From IMG/VR virus record IMGVR_UViG_2875713109_000001: a stretch of DNA of 64,000 nucleotides; one strand, 5' to 3'. How positions within the stretch are numbered: position 1 is the stretch's first letter; the number at the start of each line of letters is the position of its first letter. A model generated the notes under the pieces. That model saw nothing but the letters and a program-made list of their open reading frames with translations, searched no databases and was not told the DNA's origin. The translations under genes and the position numbers were made by a program. Origin of the DNA: a virus (Duplodnaviria > Heunggongvirae > Uroviricota > Caudoviricetes). Of the stretch, positions 52,524 to 62,643 are shown one piece after another.

Positions 52524-53375
52524 TTATTGCGCGCTTTCGGGGTTGTCGTTTACTGGCTGCCCCTTCTTGGTTTTACGGCTGCGCGTAACTGATGCGGCTG
52601 ACTTAACCTTTTTCTCTTCGCGAGTGATGGCAATTTGTTTTTTTACATTTTCAATATCTGCCAGGCGATATATTTTTGCTTGTGGCCAGCGGTCGCAGAT
52701 GATCGGTTCTATGGAGTCATAAAGGCTAAATTTTGCTTTTTCGAATTCACCGTTGATGATGATTCCATCACGGAGAGTTTCATCGCAGATAAACACGCCA
52801 CACAGCGGTACATGGTAACTAACTGATTTACCATCATTGTAGTTAGGGCTACTGGAGATGTAGTGGACGCGCAGCATTGTTTCGCTAAAGCCGTGTACAC
52901 GCATACGGAATTTTTCATCCTCCGGGTACTGCCTCATTAGCTCTTTTGTTGCTTCCAGGTTCTCTATGTATTTCGCACTGTGCTCATTGATCCCCGCGCT
53001 TTTTTGGATGCGAATGTCCTTATCAATCAGATGAATAATGCGGCCAGCGGTCATGTTGACGCTGTTCACAGCTTCTGTCTGATAAGTTGTAACCTTGCGC
53101 ACACCGCGAAGGATGTTAGGCACTGGATATAAAATAGTCTTTGGGATATTGAGGTCTGGGTACTGTTCCAGTTCCCGCGCCATTAAAGTCCATTTATCAA
53201 TTTCAGCCTGAATGCTGTCAGTTTCTTTGAACGGTAGAACGACAACCGGGCGTACAGGACGACCGTCGCTGGCTGTATCAACGTGTTGGGCGCGTGCAAC
53301 AGCTTTTTTTAGAAAGAGATCCCTGAAGCTGACGAACTCCTGGTACAGTTGTTCGCCGTAGACATAATTTATCAT
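52524..53375 (-). CDS. c1: C1 repressor of lysis
   Basis: 283-aa ORF; strong SD ggaggag; position next to coi and loxP and surrounded by operator copies, as P1 immC. Confidence 0.8.
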   Translation of the reverse strand: MINYVYGEQLYQEFVSFRDLFLKKAVARAQHVDTASDGRPVRPVVVLPFKETDSIQAEIDKWTLMARELEQYPDLNIPKTILYPVPNILRGVRKVTTYQTEAVNSVNMTAGRIIHLIDKDIRIQKSAGINEHSAKYIENLEATKELMRQYPEDEKFRMRVHGFSETMLRVHYISSSPNYNDGKSVSYHVPLCGVFICDETLRDGIIINGEFEKAKFSLYDSIEPIICDRWPQAKIYRLADIENVKKQIAITREEKKVKSAASVTRSRKTKKGQPVNDNPESAQ

Positions 53376-53469
53376 TGATCCTCCTCCAGAATTGACATGG
53401 TCAATAACGCCCGGCTGAGAAAACCGGTCATTACTGACCTATATTATAGAGGGATCAAACAAAAATAAT

Positions 53470-53486
53470 AGATTTATTAGTGCATT
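53470..53486 (-). promoter_or_regulatory. C1 operator-like site between coi and c1
   Basis: agatttattagtgcatt, 14/17 to reverse-complement consensus. Confidence 0.5.
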
Positions 53487-53695
53487 TATTGTGAGTCTAA
53501 CTGGTTAGTTGCCATGAGATATTCGATTGTGTCAGTGAGGTCATCCAGGTCGTCTTGGGTGATGCGGTACTCCTGATTGGATATCTTTGAGTAGTGTTCA
53601 GCAATGGCGCGGGCAGCGTCGGTTTCGGCAGGGTCTACAGATAAAGCGTTAGAGCAATGTCTAACGTCGTCGATGGTTGGTTGAATGAAAGCCAT
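53486..53695 (-). CDS. coi: C1 inactivator Coi
   Basis: 69-aa ORF immediately upstream of c1 on same strand. Confidence 0.7.
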   Translation of the reverse strand: MAFIQPTIDDVRHCSNALSVDPAETDAARAIAEHYSKISNQEYRITQDDLDDLTDTIEYLMATNQLDSQ

Positions 53696-53933
53696 AATTA
53701 TGCCTCACTGTATTGACAACACAGAGCCTGAAGCTCTGACCTACTGTTTCACCCATGATCCATGCTGGGGTAATCTAACAACATTGCGCTGTGTGTAAGA
53801 TGAGCAATGCATAGCTGTAATGCCGTTGTATAAGGTTTCCCTGTTTGCTCATTTCCTTCTGAGCCGCTCTACAACGCTGAAGACACATTAAATAGTGAAT
53901 CCAAAGTCGTATTACGTAACGGCGGCAAAACTA

Positions 53934-53950
53934 TAATTTATTAGAGCAAT
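53934..53950 (-). promoter_or_regulatory. C1 operator-like site
   Basis: taatttattagagcaat, 16/17 reverse orientation. Confidence 0.55.
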
Positions 53951-54016
53951 TGTCAAACAACTATGAAAAACAATCCAGTTTTTAGCTGGTGGAGTGGGAT
54001 TTTTCTCTCTAAATTT

Positions 54017-54033
54017 ATTGCTCTAATAATTAT
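54017..54033 (+). promoter_or_regulatory. C1 operator-like site
   Basis: attgctctaataattat, 15/17. Confidence 0.55.
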
Positions 54034-54076
54034 TGATTTTTGTGCACAGCTGGACGTAAACTCCTCTTCGGACCTG

Positions 54077-54110
54077 ATAACTTCGTATAGCATACATTAT
54101 ACGAAGTTAT
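54077..54110. other. loxP: loxP site-specific recombination site
   Basis: Exact ATAACTTCGTATA-GCATACAT-TATACGAAGTTAT, 34 bp. Confidence 0.95.
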
Positions 54111-54129
54111 CTTAAGGGTTATTGAACAT

Positions 54130-54202
54130 GATCAATTTACCTGTAAATCCATACAGTTCAATACCTTATCAGGTCAAATAGTGATCACTTGATCATTTGA
54201 TC
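54130..54202 (+). promoter_or_regulatory. GATC cluster in cre upstream region (Dam-sensitive promoter candidate)
   Basis: GATC at 54130, 54183, 54191, 54199 read directly. Confidence 0.4.
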
Positions 54203-54299
54203 AAGGTTGCGCTACGTAAAATCTGCGAAATGTTGGCAGTGTTAGTGCTCCAGATTTCGCGTAGCGCACTTAGCACCACCAATCAATCAGAGGTGAAAA

Positions 54300-54521
54300 A
54301 TGGGATATTCAGCTGCTAAAGTGTCCACTCATCTTGAGCTTGAGAAAAACCGTGGTTACTGGCGGGCAAAAGGGTTTGATCGTGATAGTTGTCAACTGTC
54401 ATTATCGCGCGGTGAAGAGAAAATAGAACGCACGCGCGGTCGCTGGCGTTTCTATGACGAGAACCATAAACAGGTAAAGGCAGAGCCGATCCTGTACACT
54501 TTACTTAAAACCATTATCTGA
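54300..54521 (+). CDS. hypothetical small protein between loxP and cre
   Basis: 73-aa ORF with ATG and strong SD agaggtgaaaa; may be spurious. Confidence 0.3.
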   Translation: MGYSAAKVSTHLELEKNRGYWRAKGFDRDSCQLSLSRGEEKIERTRGRWRFYDENHKQVKAEPILYTLLKTII

Positions 54522-54528
54522 GTGTTAA

Positions 54529-55560
54529 ATGTCCAATTTACTGACCGTACACCAAAATTTGCCTGCATTACCGGTCGATGCAAGGAGTGATGAGGTTCGC
54601 AAGAACCTGATGGACATGTTCAGGGATCGCCAGGCGTTTTCTGAGCATACCTGGAAAATGCTTCTGTCCGTTTGCCGGTCGTGGGCGGCATGGTGCAAGT
54701 TGAATAACCGGAAATGGTTTCCCGCAGAACCTGAAGATGTTCGCGATTATCTTCTATATCTTCAGGCGCGCGGTCTGGCAGTAAAAACTATCCAGCAACA
54801 TTTGGGCCAGCTAAACATGCTTCATCGTCGGTCCGGGCTGCCACGACCAAGTGACAGCAATGCTGTTTCACTGGTTATGCGGCGGATTCGAAAAGAAAAC
54901 GTTGATGCCGGTGAACGTGCAAAACAGGCATTGGCGTTCGAACGCACTGATTTCGACCAGGTTCGTTCACTCATGGAAAATAGCGATCGCTGCCAGGATA
55001 TACGGAATCTGGCATTTCTGGGGATTGCTTATAACACCCTGTTACGTATAGCCGAAATTGCCAGGATCAGGGTTAAAGATATCTCACGTACTGACGGTGG
55101 GAGAATGTTAATCCATATTGGCAGAACGAAAACGCTGGTTAGCACCGCAGGTGTAGAGAAGGCACTTAGCCTGGGGGTAACTAAACTGGTCGAGCGATGG
55201 ATTTCTGTCTCTGGTGTGGCTGATGATCCGAATAACTACCTGTTTTGCCGTGTCAGAAAAAATGGTGTTGCCGCGCCATCTGCCACCAGCCAGCTATCAA
55301 CTCGCGCTCTGGAAGGGATTTTTGAAGCAACTCATCGATTGATTTACGGCGCTAAGGATGACTCTGGGCAGAGATACCTGGCCTGGTCTGGACACAGTGC
55401 CCGTGTCGGAGCCGCGCGAGATATGGCCCGCGCCGGAGTTTCAATACCGGAGATCATGCAAGCTGGTGGCTGGACCAACGTAAATATTGTCATGAACTAT
55501 ATCCGTAACCTGGATAGTGAAACAGGGGCAATGGTGCGCCTGCTGGAAGATGGCGATTAG
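54529..55560 (+). CDS. cre: Cre tyrosine recombinase
   Basis: 343 aa, matches Cre (MSNLLTVHQNLPALPVD...LEDGD) with one apparent difference from my recalled reference (DARSDE versus DATSDE). Confidence 0.97.
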   Translation: MSNLLTVHQNLPALPVDARSDEVRKNLMDMFRDRQAFSEHTWKMLLSVCRSWAAWCKLNNRKWFPAEPEDVRDYLLYLQARGLAVKTIQQHLGQLNMLHRRSGLPRPSDSNAVSLVMRRIRKENVDAGERAKQALAFERTDFDQVRSLMENSDRCQDIRNLAFLGIAYNTLLRIAEIARIRVKDISRTDGGRMLIHIGRTKTLVSTAGVEKALSLGVTKLVERWISVSGVADDPNNYLFCRVRKNGVAAPSATSQLSTRALEGIFEATHRLIYGAKDDSGQRYLAWSGHSARVGAARDMARAGVSIPEIMQAGGWTNVNIVMNYIRNLDSETGAMVRLLEDGD

Positions 55561-55577
55561 CCATTAACGCGTAAATG

Positions 55578-55594
55578 ATTGCTCTAATTCTTTG
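55578..55594 (+). promoter_or_regulatory. weak C1 operator-like site after cre
   Basis: attgctctaattctttg, 13/17. Confidence 0.35.
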
Positions 55595-55610
55595 ATATTT
55601 ATGGTGACAT

Positions 55611-55922
55611 ATGAGAAAGGATTTCAACATCGACGGAAAATATGTAGTGCTGTCTGTAAGCACTAATATTCAGTCGCCAGCCGTCATTGTCACTGTAAAG
55701 CTGAGCGATAGAATGCCTGATATTGATTCAATATCCGTTGCGTTCCCTGTCAAAAGTATGCGTGGTGCTGAACATTTCGTGATGAATGCCACCGAGGAAG
55801 AAGCACGGCGCGGTTTTGCTAAAGTGATGTCTGAGTTTGGCGAATTTTTGGGGCACGTTGACAAAGCCCTCTCAATCAGTTCAGCAAGGTCCAAAGCGTT
55901 AACAGCTTCCATGATGAAATAA
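55611..55922 (+). CDS. hypothetical cre-adjacent protein (cra position)
   Basis: 103-aa ORF, ATG start, followed by hairpin gcctggc-aagg-agccaggc. Confidence 0.45.
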   Translation: MRKDFNIDGKYVVLSVSTNIQSPAVIVTVKLSDRMPDIDSISVAFPVKSMRGAEHFVMNATEEEARRGFAKVMSEFGEFLGHVDKALSISSARSKALTASMMK

Positions 55923-56053
55923 AAAAAGCCTGGCAAGGAGCCAGGCTGCACAAAAGAGCGGGTTTGTATTCCGCATCCAATCAATCAAGAAGGAGTATAG
56001 CACACAGGTACTGAAGTGAAAAAATGTGATTCGCGAGAAACAAAATATCTACC

Positions 56054-56083
56054 ATTGCTCTAATTGATTGCTATAATTGAGCC
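56054..56083 (+). promoter_or_regulatory. tandem C1 operator-like sites upstream of ref
   Basis: attgctctaattgattg (14/17) overlapping attgctataattgagcc (11/17). Confidence 0.45.
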
Positions 56084-56169
56084 GCAGTTTTTGTCAACTA
56101 CGAAGACGTTGCCATTACTTCACTCCTTGACATCATAGGCGGCCATTAGGCCGCCTTTTTTTTGACCAT

Positions 56170-56730
56170 ATGAAAACAATCGAACAAAAAATTGAACAGT
56201 GCCGCAAGTGGCAGAAGGCAGCCAGAGAACGAGCGATCGCTCGGCAACGGGAGAAGTTGGCTGATCCGGTCTGGCGAGAATCTCAATATCAGAAAATGCG
56301 GAATACTATCGATCGCCGTATCGCTAAACAGAAAGAGCGCCCACCAGCCAGCAAAACGCGGAAAAGCGCGGTAAAAATAAAATCTCGTGACTTGAAGGGA
56401 CGAACACCGACGGCGGAGGAACGGCGCATAGCCAATGCTCTTGGCGCTCTCCCCTGCATTGCCTGCTATATGCATGAAGTAATATCTGAAGAGGTGTCTC
56501 TGCACCATATCTCCGGTCGTACCGCGCCTGGTTGTCACAAAAAGCAATTGCCACTTTGTAGATGGCACCACCAGCATGCAGCACCGGCTGAAGTAAGAGA
56601 AAAATACCCCTGGCTGGTCCCTGTTCATGCCGATGGTGTGGTTGGAGGCAAGAAAGAATTCACCTTGCTGAACAAGTCAGAGATGGAGTTGCTGGCTGAC
56701 GCCTATGAAATGGCAAACATCATGCACTAA
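56170..56730 (+). CDS. ref: Ref recombination enhancement HNH endonuclease
   Basis: 186 aa; Cys/His HNH-like cluster CIACYMHEV...HHISG...CRWHHQH; position after cre as in P1. Confidence 0.85.
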   Translation: MKTIEQKIEQCRKWQKAARERAIARQREKLADPVWRESQYQKMRNTIDRRIAKQKERPPASKTRKSAVKIKSRDLKGRTPTAEERRIANALGALPCIACYMHEVISEEVSLHHISGRTAPGCHKKQLPLCRWHHQHAAPAEVREKYPWLVPVHADGVVGGKKEFTLLNKSEMELLADAYEMANIMH

Positions 56731-56768
56731 TAAATATATTATTTTTAATCTTAAATGATTGACAACTG

Positions 56769-56789
56769 ACAAGTGACTTGAGTCAGAAT
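56769..56789 (+). promoter_or_regulatory. candidate Lpa-dependent late promoter upstream of mat
   Basis: ACAAGTGAC-ttgagt-CAGAAT, 20 nt upstream of ATG 56809. Confidence 0.4.
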
Positions 56790-56808
56790 CATCACACGCC
56801 CGGTACGG

Positions 56809-57561
56809 ATGGATCCCTTTTCAAATATTCCATGGACGGCACAGTCTGAGTACCGGGCGCTACCTTCTGTTGTATTGCTAAGCCGCCGCTGGTGGCTTTT
56901 CTTTTTTGTAGGGGGCGCTATGGATAAGAAAATATGCGTTGTTTCAATGAGCGTCGGCAAACCGGCGTCAATGACTGCTGCATGGATCAACAATGAGCTG
57001 ATAATGGCTGAGCGGACCAGCTACCCTGAACGCCGCCGCGATATGGAACTCCAGCTGCTGCGCGAATTGCGAGAAAAAGAGGAAAAGGGTTTTATCGTGC
57101 TGGTGGAAGAGGAAAACAGCTTTATTACCGGTCGAGTTGGCCAGCGTGTAAGGTTGCGTGATCCCTTCATGAACGGTAGACCGGTACTGATTGAAGCAAT
57201 GCAGATTTACAAGGAATTGGAACGCCAGAAAGCGATCAAGTTACCGCGCAAGGAATCCGGCAAATACATCCTCCACCAAAGCATCTTCGATTCCGAACAT
57301 GACAAAAAAGGCGATGAATTTTTCAACATCAACTGGAGCGAAATAACGACAGAGCACGTTCTGACGTTGTTATGCTGCTTCGCAACGGAATACAACAACG
57401 TTGCAAACTCCGACTACATCAGGGCAATGGCTGGAGAAGTTGAGCCACGCCAGGAACCATCGTTACTAAGCCCACTGATTAACATAATTCGCGGCACACA
57501 GAGACTTGCGGAAAAAAGCGTTCCACATGGAATCTTAACTGGAAAGGGAAACTATTTTTAA
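56809..57561 (+). CDS. mat: Mat-like maturation control protein (start uncertain, alternative ATG 56920 with better SD)
   Basis: ORF between ref and res as P1 mat; N-terminal 37 aa hydrophobic and unusual. Confidence 0.5.
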   Translation: MDPFSNIPWTAQSEYRALPSVVLLSRRWWLFFFVGGAMDKKICVVSMSVGKPASMTAAWINNELIMAERTSYPERRRDMELQLLRELREKEEKGFIVLVEEENSFITGRVGQRVRLRDPFMNGRPVLIEAMQIYKELERQKAIKLPRKESGKYILHQSIFDSEHDKKGDEFFNINWSEITTEHVLTLLCCFATEYNNVANSDYIRAMAGEVEPRQEPSLLSPLINIIRGTQRLAEKSVPHGILTGKGNYF

Positions 57562-57603
57562 CGACCTGAGCGCCACTTCTTTCAGGTCGTGTTGGATGTC
57601 ATA

Positions 57604-57627
57604 AAAAGGAGGTTTTCACCTCCTTTT
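57604..57627. terminator. bidirectional rho-independent terminator between mat and res
   Basis: aaaaggaggt-tttc-acctcctttt perfect hairpin flanked by A and T runs. Confidence 0.55.
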
Positions 57628-57636
57628 AAACTGGAA

Positions 57637-60549
57637 TTATGGTAATGCGCTCTTGATTAACTGATAAATATCATCATTAGCAAACTGCGTTTTGAATTCA
57701 ACTTTAACAGACTGACTTATTTGATTGAAAAGCGCCTGGGCATGTTCAATTTTCTTTTTTTCTTCAAGCCGTAAACTATCCTTACTATCTACGTTTTTTG
57801 TTTCAATGATAAAGTTAAGATAATCACCTTCTGCTGTTTTTACAACATAAGCAAAATCGGGTGAGTAAGTGTATCCACCAGCTACCGGGATCTTAATAGA
57901 ATTCTTCGGTATCTTTGAAAAAACAACAACAGACTGGATCTCTCTATCTGTTATATTACGCCTTTCAAGCTCTGAATCATAAAAAACCTCTTCAAAAAGA
58001 TAAGTATCTAATGGTGCTTTTGAATTATCCTGTAATACACCAAGATCACTTGATAATACCTCGTCTAGAGGCTTACCATCAGCATTTGTGAACTTTGTGG
58101 GATGAATTGAACCCGAAATCAAATTATATCCGAGGCTGAATTTGTTAAACGAATTGTTCAACAAATACTTACTAAAACCAGATTTAATTTTTCTGATTGT
58201 TTGAATATTCAGGTATTCAGTGATATTAATAGTGTCTTTTATATCACAAAAAACTTTATGTAAAGTATCGTGTTTAACAAAAATAGTCTGTGATAAGTTA
58301 TCGAGAAACTCTCGATAACTCATTGTGTTTAGCTTAGCAAAGTCATCGTCATCACTAACAATGCTTTTCGACATTGCCATATCATTGTGGATGTAAATTT
58401 TATCAATGCGAGTATGAACGCCTGATTTGGTAAATCGTTCTGTTTCTTCGAGCATGAATGACTTGAAAATGGATAAAAACTCATTTTCACTGTTTATTTT
58501 GTACTCAATCACCGCTTTTTGATTGATTAATTCCCATAGTTCTTTCAGCTCACTGAACTTACCAACACGCATTTTAGTGCGTCTTTTTCCATCAGTAGCT
58601 TTTTTGATTTTACCTGGTTTCACTCCTATAGGGAATGCTGCTGGATATTTGGATTTTAAGCGGCTGTAGGCATCTGAATCTTTGAAATTATCATTTTCAT
58701 CAATGATTTCATCATTGAAAAGTTCATTCATTAGTGCTCTGGATGAAAGCTCAGGATACTGAGCCCTGATTTGTTCCTTAAGCTCTTGAGTAAACTTACT
58801 TGGAACCCTTTCTTTGAAAGAACTCTCATTGACCTCTTTAACAAGTGAGTCAACAAAATCCTTTTCTGTAAAATCGACATAATATTTAAGGGTAAAATTG
58901 CGGTCTTTCACTCGACACATGTATTCATTCACAGGAAGACGCAAACCGCGCCCTACCTCTTGAAGCTTGGATGTGGTACTACCGCTCGAACGGAGCTTAC
59001 AGATCTGAAAGACATTAGGATTATCCCATCCCTCACGCAACGTCCATTTGGAGAAAATGAAACGACGTGGATTATCTAAAGACAGCAAAAGCTCTTTGTC
59101 ATGAAGGATTTCGTTGATTTCCTTCTCGATTTTATCATCCTTATCACTGTTATCTTTTGAAAAATAACCGCCATGAACGGAAGATATATCTTTAACTGTT
59201 TTTTCAAGATAGTTACTATAAAACTCATCTTTTTCTATTTTTAACAGTTCATTAGCTTCTGCCAAAACATATTCTTCGAACTTAGCTTTCAAACTTCCGG
59301 CAATATTATTACCGTCACGATAACCTTCAATATCATCAATAAAGAAAAGAGTAAGAGGCTTTATGCGTGGCCTTTGTGTCAGAAACTCTTTTTCTAACTT
59401 AAAGTGTTCTTTGATAGCTTTCCTCATCATGCTGTCAGCAAGTGTCTGATCGTAAGAATAGGGGTTTATTGAGCAACCAATTTTTAGCTCAATACCATTA
59501 CTCAACACTACTGTATTCTTGCCTAAGGCATCAAGAGTTAAATCGTGAATAGCACTATGTGTCTTAGATAGAGATTCACCTTTTGTTAACTTAAATAAAG
59601 TTTTCTTGTTATTTTCATTTAGCTCAAATGTAACTTCTTCCCCATCAGATTTAATGAACTTTAGGTTGGCGTCACCATCACCAACAATATCCTCAATGTA
59701 CGCATCAATACCTTTAACAAGGTCTTCATTAAATGCATCCACAGCTGTAAGTCGATAAACTAAATTCTTATAGCCTTCACTAAAGGTCGCACCGTAGCGG
59801 ATAATATATTGAGCATTAAACTTCTCTATATTTTCCCATGTCTTTTTACCAGTAGGAAATTTATGTGGTTCATCAATGATAATGAATGGTTTTACCGCAC
59901 CAAGAGCTGAAAAGGGAGAATCAAAATGATTGTCAAGCAAGCCAACATCATAAGTGGAATTTAAATTCTTAGAGTGAATCATTCCCGTGTTAATAACAAG
60001 AACGTGTATATATTTCTTATTGAAATTACTAGCTTCAACAAAATCATGTATAGCTTGAGGCATATACGATTTTGTGCTTTTACCGGCATTTTTCTGACTT
60101 TCAACAACGTAAGTCTTTATTTCACGCTCATAATCATCTCTAAAGTGTTCTTTTAACGCATCGCTTTTCAAAAAGTTCACTGTTCCAGCTTTGATCGATA
60201 GAGTAGGAACAATAATGATAAACTTATTAATGCCAAATGATTTGTTCAGATCAAAAATTGTTTTAGTGTAGGTATACGTTTTACCTGTACCTGTCTCCAT
60301 AGAAACATCGATTACGTTGCTTCCAGCATCGTAATTATTTTTTACATGTTCAATACCATTGAGTTCCTGAACTTTTTTTATATTTTTATAGTATTGCTGT
60401 TCAGTAAGCCGTAATTCTGGATTAACTAACAGGCGAATAGAAACATTATCCTCCTGATGAGATGTCGCGGAAACAAAAACGTTCATCACCGCATCGACAC
60501 CTGCTTTCTGATGCGGTAAGTTCTTTTCGAATGTGAACCCTTTTGACAT
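57637..60549 (-). CDS. res: type III restriction enzyme Res subunit
   Basis: 970 aa; helicase Walker A GTGKT and DEPH-box IIDEPHKF; AT-rich. Confidence 0.9.
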   Translation of the reverse strand: MSKGFTFEKNLPHQKAGVDAVMNVFVSATSHQEDNVSIRLLVNPELRLTEQQYYKNIKKVQELNGIEHVKNNYDAGSNVIDVSMETGTGKTYTYTKTIFDLNKSFGINKFIIIVPTLSIKAGTVNFLKSDALKEHFRDDYEREIKTYVVESQKNAGKSTKSYMPQAIHDFVEASNFNKKYIHVLVINTGMIHSKNLNSTYDVGLLDNHFDSPFSALGAVKPFIIIDEPHKFPTGKKTWENIEKFNAQYIIRYGATFSEGYKNLVYRLTAVDAFNEDLVKGIDAYIEDIVGDGDANLKFIKSDGEEVTFELNENNKKTLFKLTKGESLSKTHSAIHDLTLDALGKNTVVLSNGIELKIGCSINPYSYDQTLADSMMRKAIKEHFKLEKEFLTQRPRIKPLTLFFIDDIEGYRDGNNIAGSLKAKFEEYVLAEANELLKIEKDEFYSNYLEKTVKDISSVHGGYFSKDNSDKDDKIEKEINEILHDKELLLSLDNPRRFIFSKWTLREGWDNPNVFQICKLRSSGSTTSKLQEVGRGLRLPVNEYMCRVKDRNFTLKYYVDFTEKDFVDSLVKEVNESSFKERVPSKFTQELKEQIRAQYPELSSRALMNELFNDEIIDENDNFKDSDAYSRLKSKYPAAFPIGVKPGKIKKATDGKRRTKMRVGKFSELKELWELINQKAVIEYKINSENEFLSIFKSFMLEETERFTKSGVHTRIDKIYIHNDMAMSKSIVSDDDDFAKLNTMSYREFLDNLSQTIFVKHDTLHKVFCDIKDTINITEYLNIQTIRKIKSGFSKYLLNNSFNKFSLGYNLISGSIHPTKFTNADGKPLDEVLSSDLGVLQDNSKAPLDTYLFEEVFYDSELERRNITDREIQSVVVFSKIPKNSIKIPVAGGYTYSPDFAYVVKTAEGDYLNFIIETKNVDSKDSLRLEEKKKIEHAQALFNQISQSVKVEFKTQFANDDIYQLIKSALP

Positions 60550-60551
60550 GA

Positions 60552-62492
60552 TTAGTTCCTTACCACTAAATCTAACTCAATAGATTTTTTGTTAGCATAA
60601 CTTTTTAGCGCCTCATTAAGCTCCCTTTGTTTTGCACTTTCAAAGTTACAACCATAAAACACGACTTTGTTTGGGGCAAAATCTTCATCTGAATCCAGCT
60701 TTTGGAGCAACGCTTTCAATGCTTCGCTAGTAAAATTAGGTGCAATCAAATACAGACGGCCATTGCAAAAGTGTGCTGTATAGCCACTAAGATCAACATC
60801 TTCAATAGGTGTTGTTAACAAGCTACCATCATATACACACCATGTAGTCAATAGGGCATCATACTGTTCAGGCGTTAATACCGCATCATCAAAGAATGTA
60901 TGATTAGTGAGCGTAAGTTCAGACTCAACTTTTGCTCTAAAGTCATCAATAGTATGAATCACTTTGAAACCTATTTTAGCCGCATTATCACTTGTGGTTG
61001 TGCTTTTTTTAAATACCTCCTGTATCCTTTTTTTTGTTATTTCAAAAATAGATCTATAGCCAAGAGAATAGGCATTCTTTGTTTTATTTATAACTTCATC
61101 TTTTTGTATGCATATAAAATTCCTACAGCCTGAATCTTTTTCATTTAAATATGCAACAGCTTCTGCTGTCGTACCAGAGCCAGCAAAAAAGTCAAGAACT
61201 AATGAATCCTTTTTTGTTCCTATTTTTACAAGATCGGTTATAAGAGGAACAGGTTTTGGTCCTTCAAATAATTTTGCACCTAAAAGATTTTTAAGCTCAG
61301 TTGTCGCCGTGCTTGTACTATATTCAGGTTTATACCAAATTGATTTTGGCTTTTTAGTTGGTAGCTCTCCAAGAGCAGGCCGCTGTTTTTTATAGATATT
61401 TTTACCATCTTTTATATCTATTACTATTAGATTATAAAACTCATCATTTATTTTTTTCTTTCCCCACGACCATGAAAGCTCTTCACCCGTAGGGCTTACT
61501 GGGTAAAGTACATAGTCATCTTCGTTAAGAGGTTTATCATCATCTGTTACATAAACCTTATTTTCTGAATTGATGAATACCGGAAACCAACCTTTTGGTC
61601 TTGATTTTCTAGAAGCATCTTGGCCAGTACGCTTTAATGTATCAGCTCTTTTAAATAGCCCATATTCATCTTCATCCCACTCTTTTTCAACTTCACTTTC
61701 ATCAATATCGAATTGCCCCAAACTACAAACATCTTTGTTTTTAGCGTATACATATATATATTCATGCGTATCTGAAAAGCCAAAGTTATCATGATTGCCT
61801 TTGAGATTCATGATTGTAGGGAGTTTTGCAACAAAATTACCTTGCCCAAATACTTCGTCGCATAATAATCCCAACTGTTTATCTTCGTTATCGTCTATGG
61901 AGATGAATATTACTCCATCCTCTTTTAAAAGTTCACGTGCAATATAAAGACGAGGATAAATGAATGTCAGCCATGCACTATGACTGCTTGAACCCTTGGT
62001 GGTAAATTCAAGTATGCGGTTAGCCTCATCAAGCTCGATACCTGCCAGTTCAGAAAGCTGTTCTGGTGTAAACTTGCGATCATCGTTATAGACGAATCCA
62101 TCTTTACCCGTATTGTATGGTGGGTCAATGTAAATCATATTCACCTTTTCAGCATAAGCATTAACCATATGCTTCAATACTTCGAGGTTATCCCCTTTGA
62201 TTAACAGGTTTTGACTGTTCTTGTTCTCTTCTTGTTGGTTATGTGTTTTATCTTCTGCCAACAACGTTTTCGGTGGTAGATTGGCCAACAAACGGGCATA
62301 AGATTTACCCAGCCAGTTTAAACTGTATGATTCTTTAGAGAGTTCAACCTCCGATGCTCTAATAATCTCAAGCAATTTTTCTTGAATGAAGGCTCCGTTT
62401 TTATCAAAACACTGTGGGAAATTAGCTTTCAACACAGCCAGTTGCTTGCTGTTAGCCGTTTCTACTTCGGAAAAAATCGTTTCTTTTTTCAT
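60552..62492 (-). CDS. mod: type III modification methyltransferase Mod
   Basis: N6-adenine MTase motifs IYIDPPYNTG and FFAGSGTT; start set at MKKETIF to give 646 aa as recalled for EcoP1I Mod; ORF-track start 62513. Confidence 0.9.
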   Translation of the reverse strand: MKKETIFSEVETANSKQLAVLKANFPQCFDKNGAFIQEKLLEIIRASEVELSKESYSLNWLGKSYARLLANLPPKTLLAEDKTHNQQEENKNSQNLLIKGDNLEVLKHMVNAYAEKVNMIYIDPPYNTGKDGFVYNDDRKFTPEQLSELAGIELDEANRILEFTTKGSSSHSAWLTFIYPRLYIARELLKEDGVIFISIDDNEDKQLGLLCDEVFGQGNFVAKLPTIMNLKGNHDNFGFSDTHEYIYVYAKNKDVCSLGQFDIDESEVEKEWDEDEYGLFKRADTLKRTGQDASRKSRPKGWFPVFINSENKVYVTDDDKPLNEDDYVLYPVSPTGEELSWSWGKKKINDEFYNLIVIDIKDGKNIYKKQRPALGELPTKKPKSIWYKPEYSTSTATTELKNLLGAKLFEGPKPVPLITDLVKIGTKKDSLVLDFFAGSGTTAEAVAYLNEKDSGCRNFICIQKDEVINKTKNAYSLGYRSIFEITKKRIQEVFKKSTTTSDNAAKIGFKVIHTIDDFRAKVESELTLTNHTFFDDAVLTPEQYDALLTTWCVYDGSLLTTPIEDVDLSGYTAHFCNGRLYLIAPNFTSEALKALLQKLDSDEDFAPNKVVFYGCNFESAKQRELNEALKSYANKKSIELDLVVRN

Positions 62493-62643
62493 ATCCATTT
62501 TAAACCAGATCATTTAGCAACAAAGCGCCGCCTCCCCAGCCCGTTAGAGCCAGAAGTTGTGGCACTATCACTATCTATATGTTTGAAGAATCGTGCTTCT
62601 TTGAGCGATGCTCGGTGAGCAAACAGCCATAATTTGGGGAAGT

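Noticed and set aside
57637-62513. res-mod operon as a novel defence system
   Set aside because: Motifs and subunit lengths match the canonical P1-type type III restriction-modification system; only the specificity is unknown.
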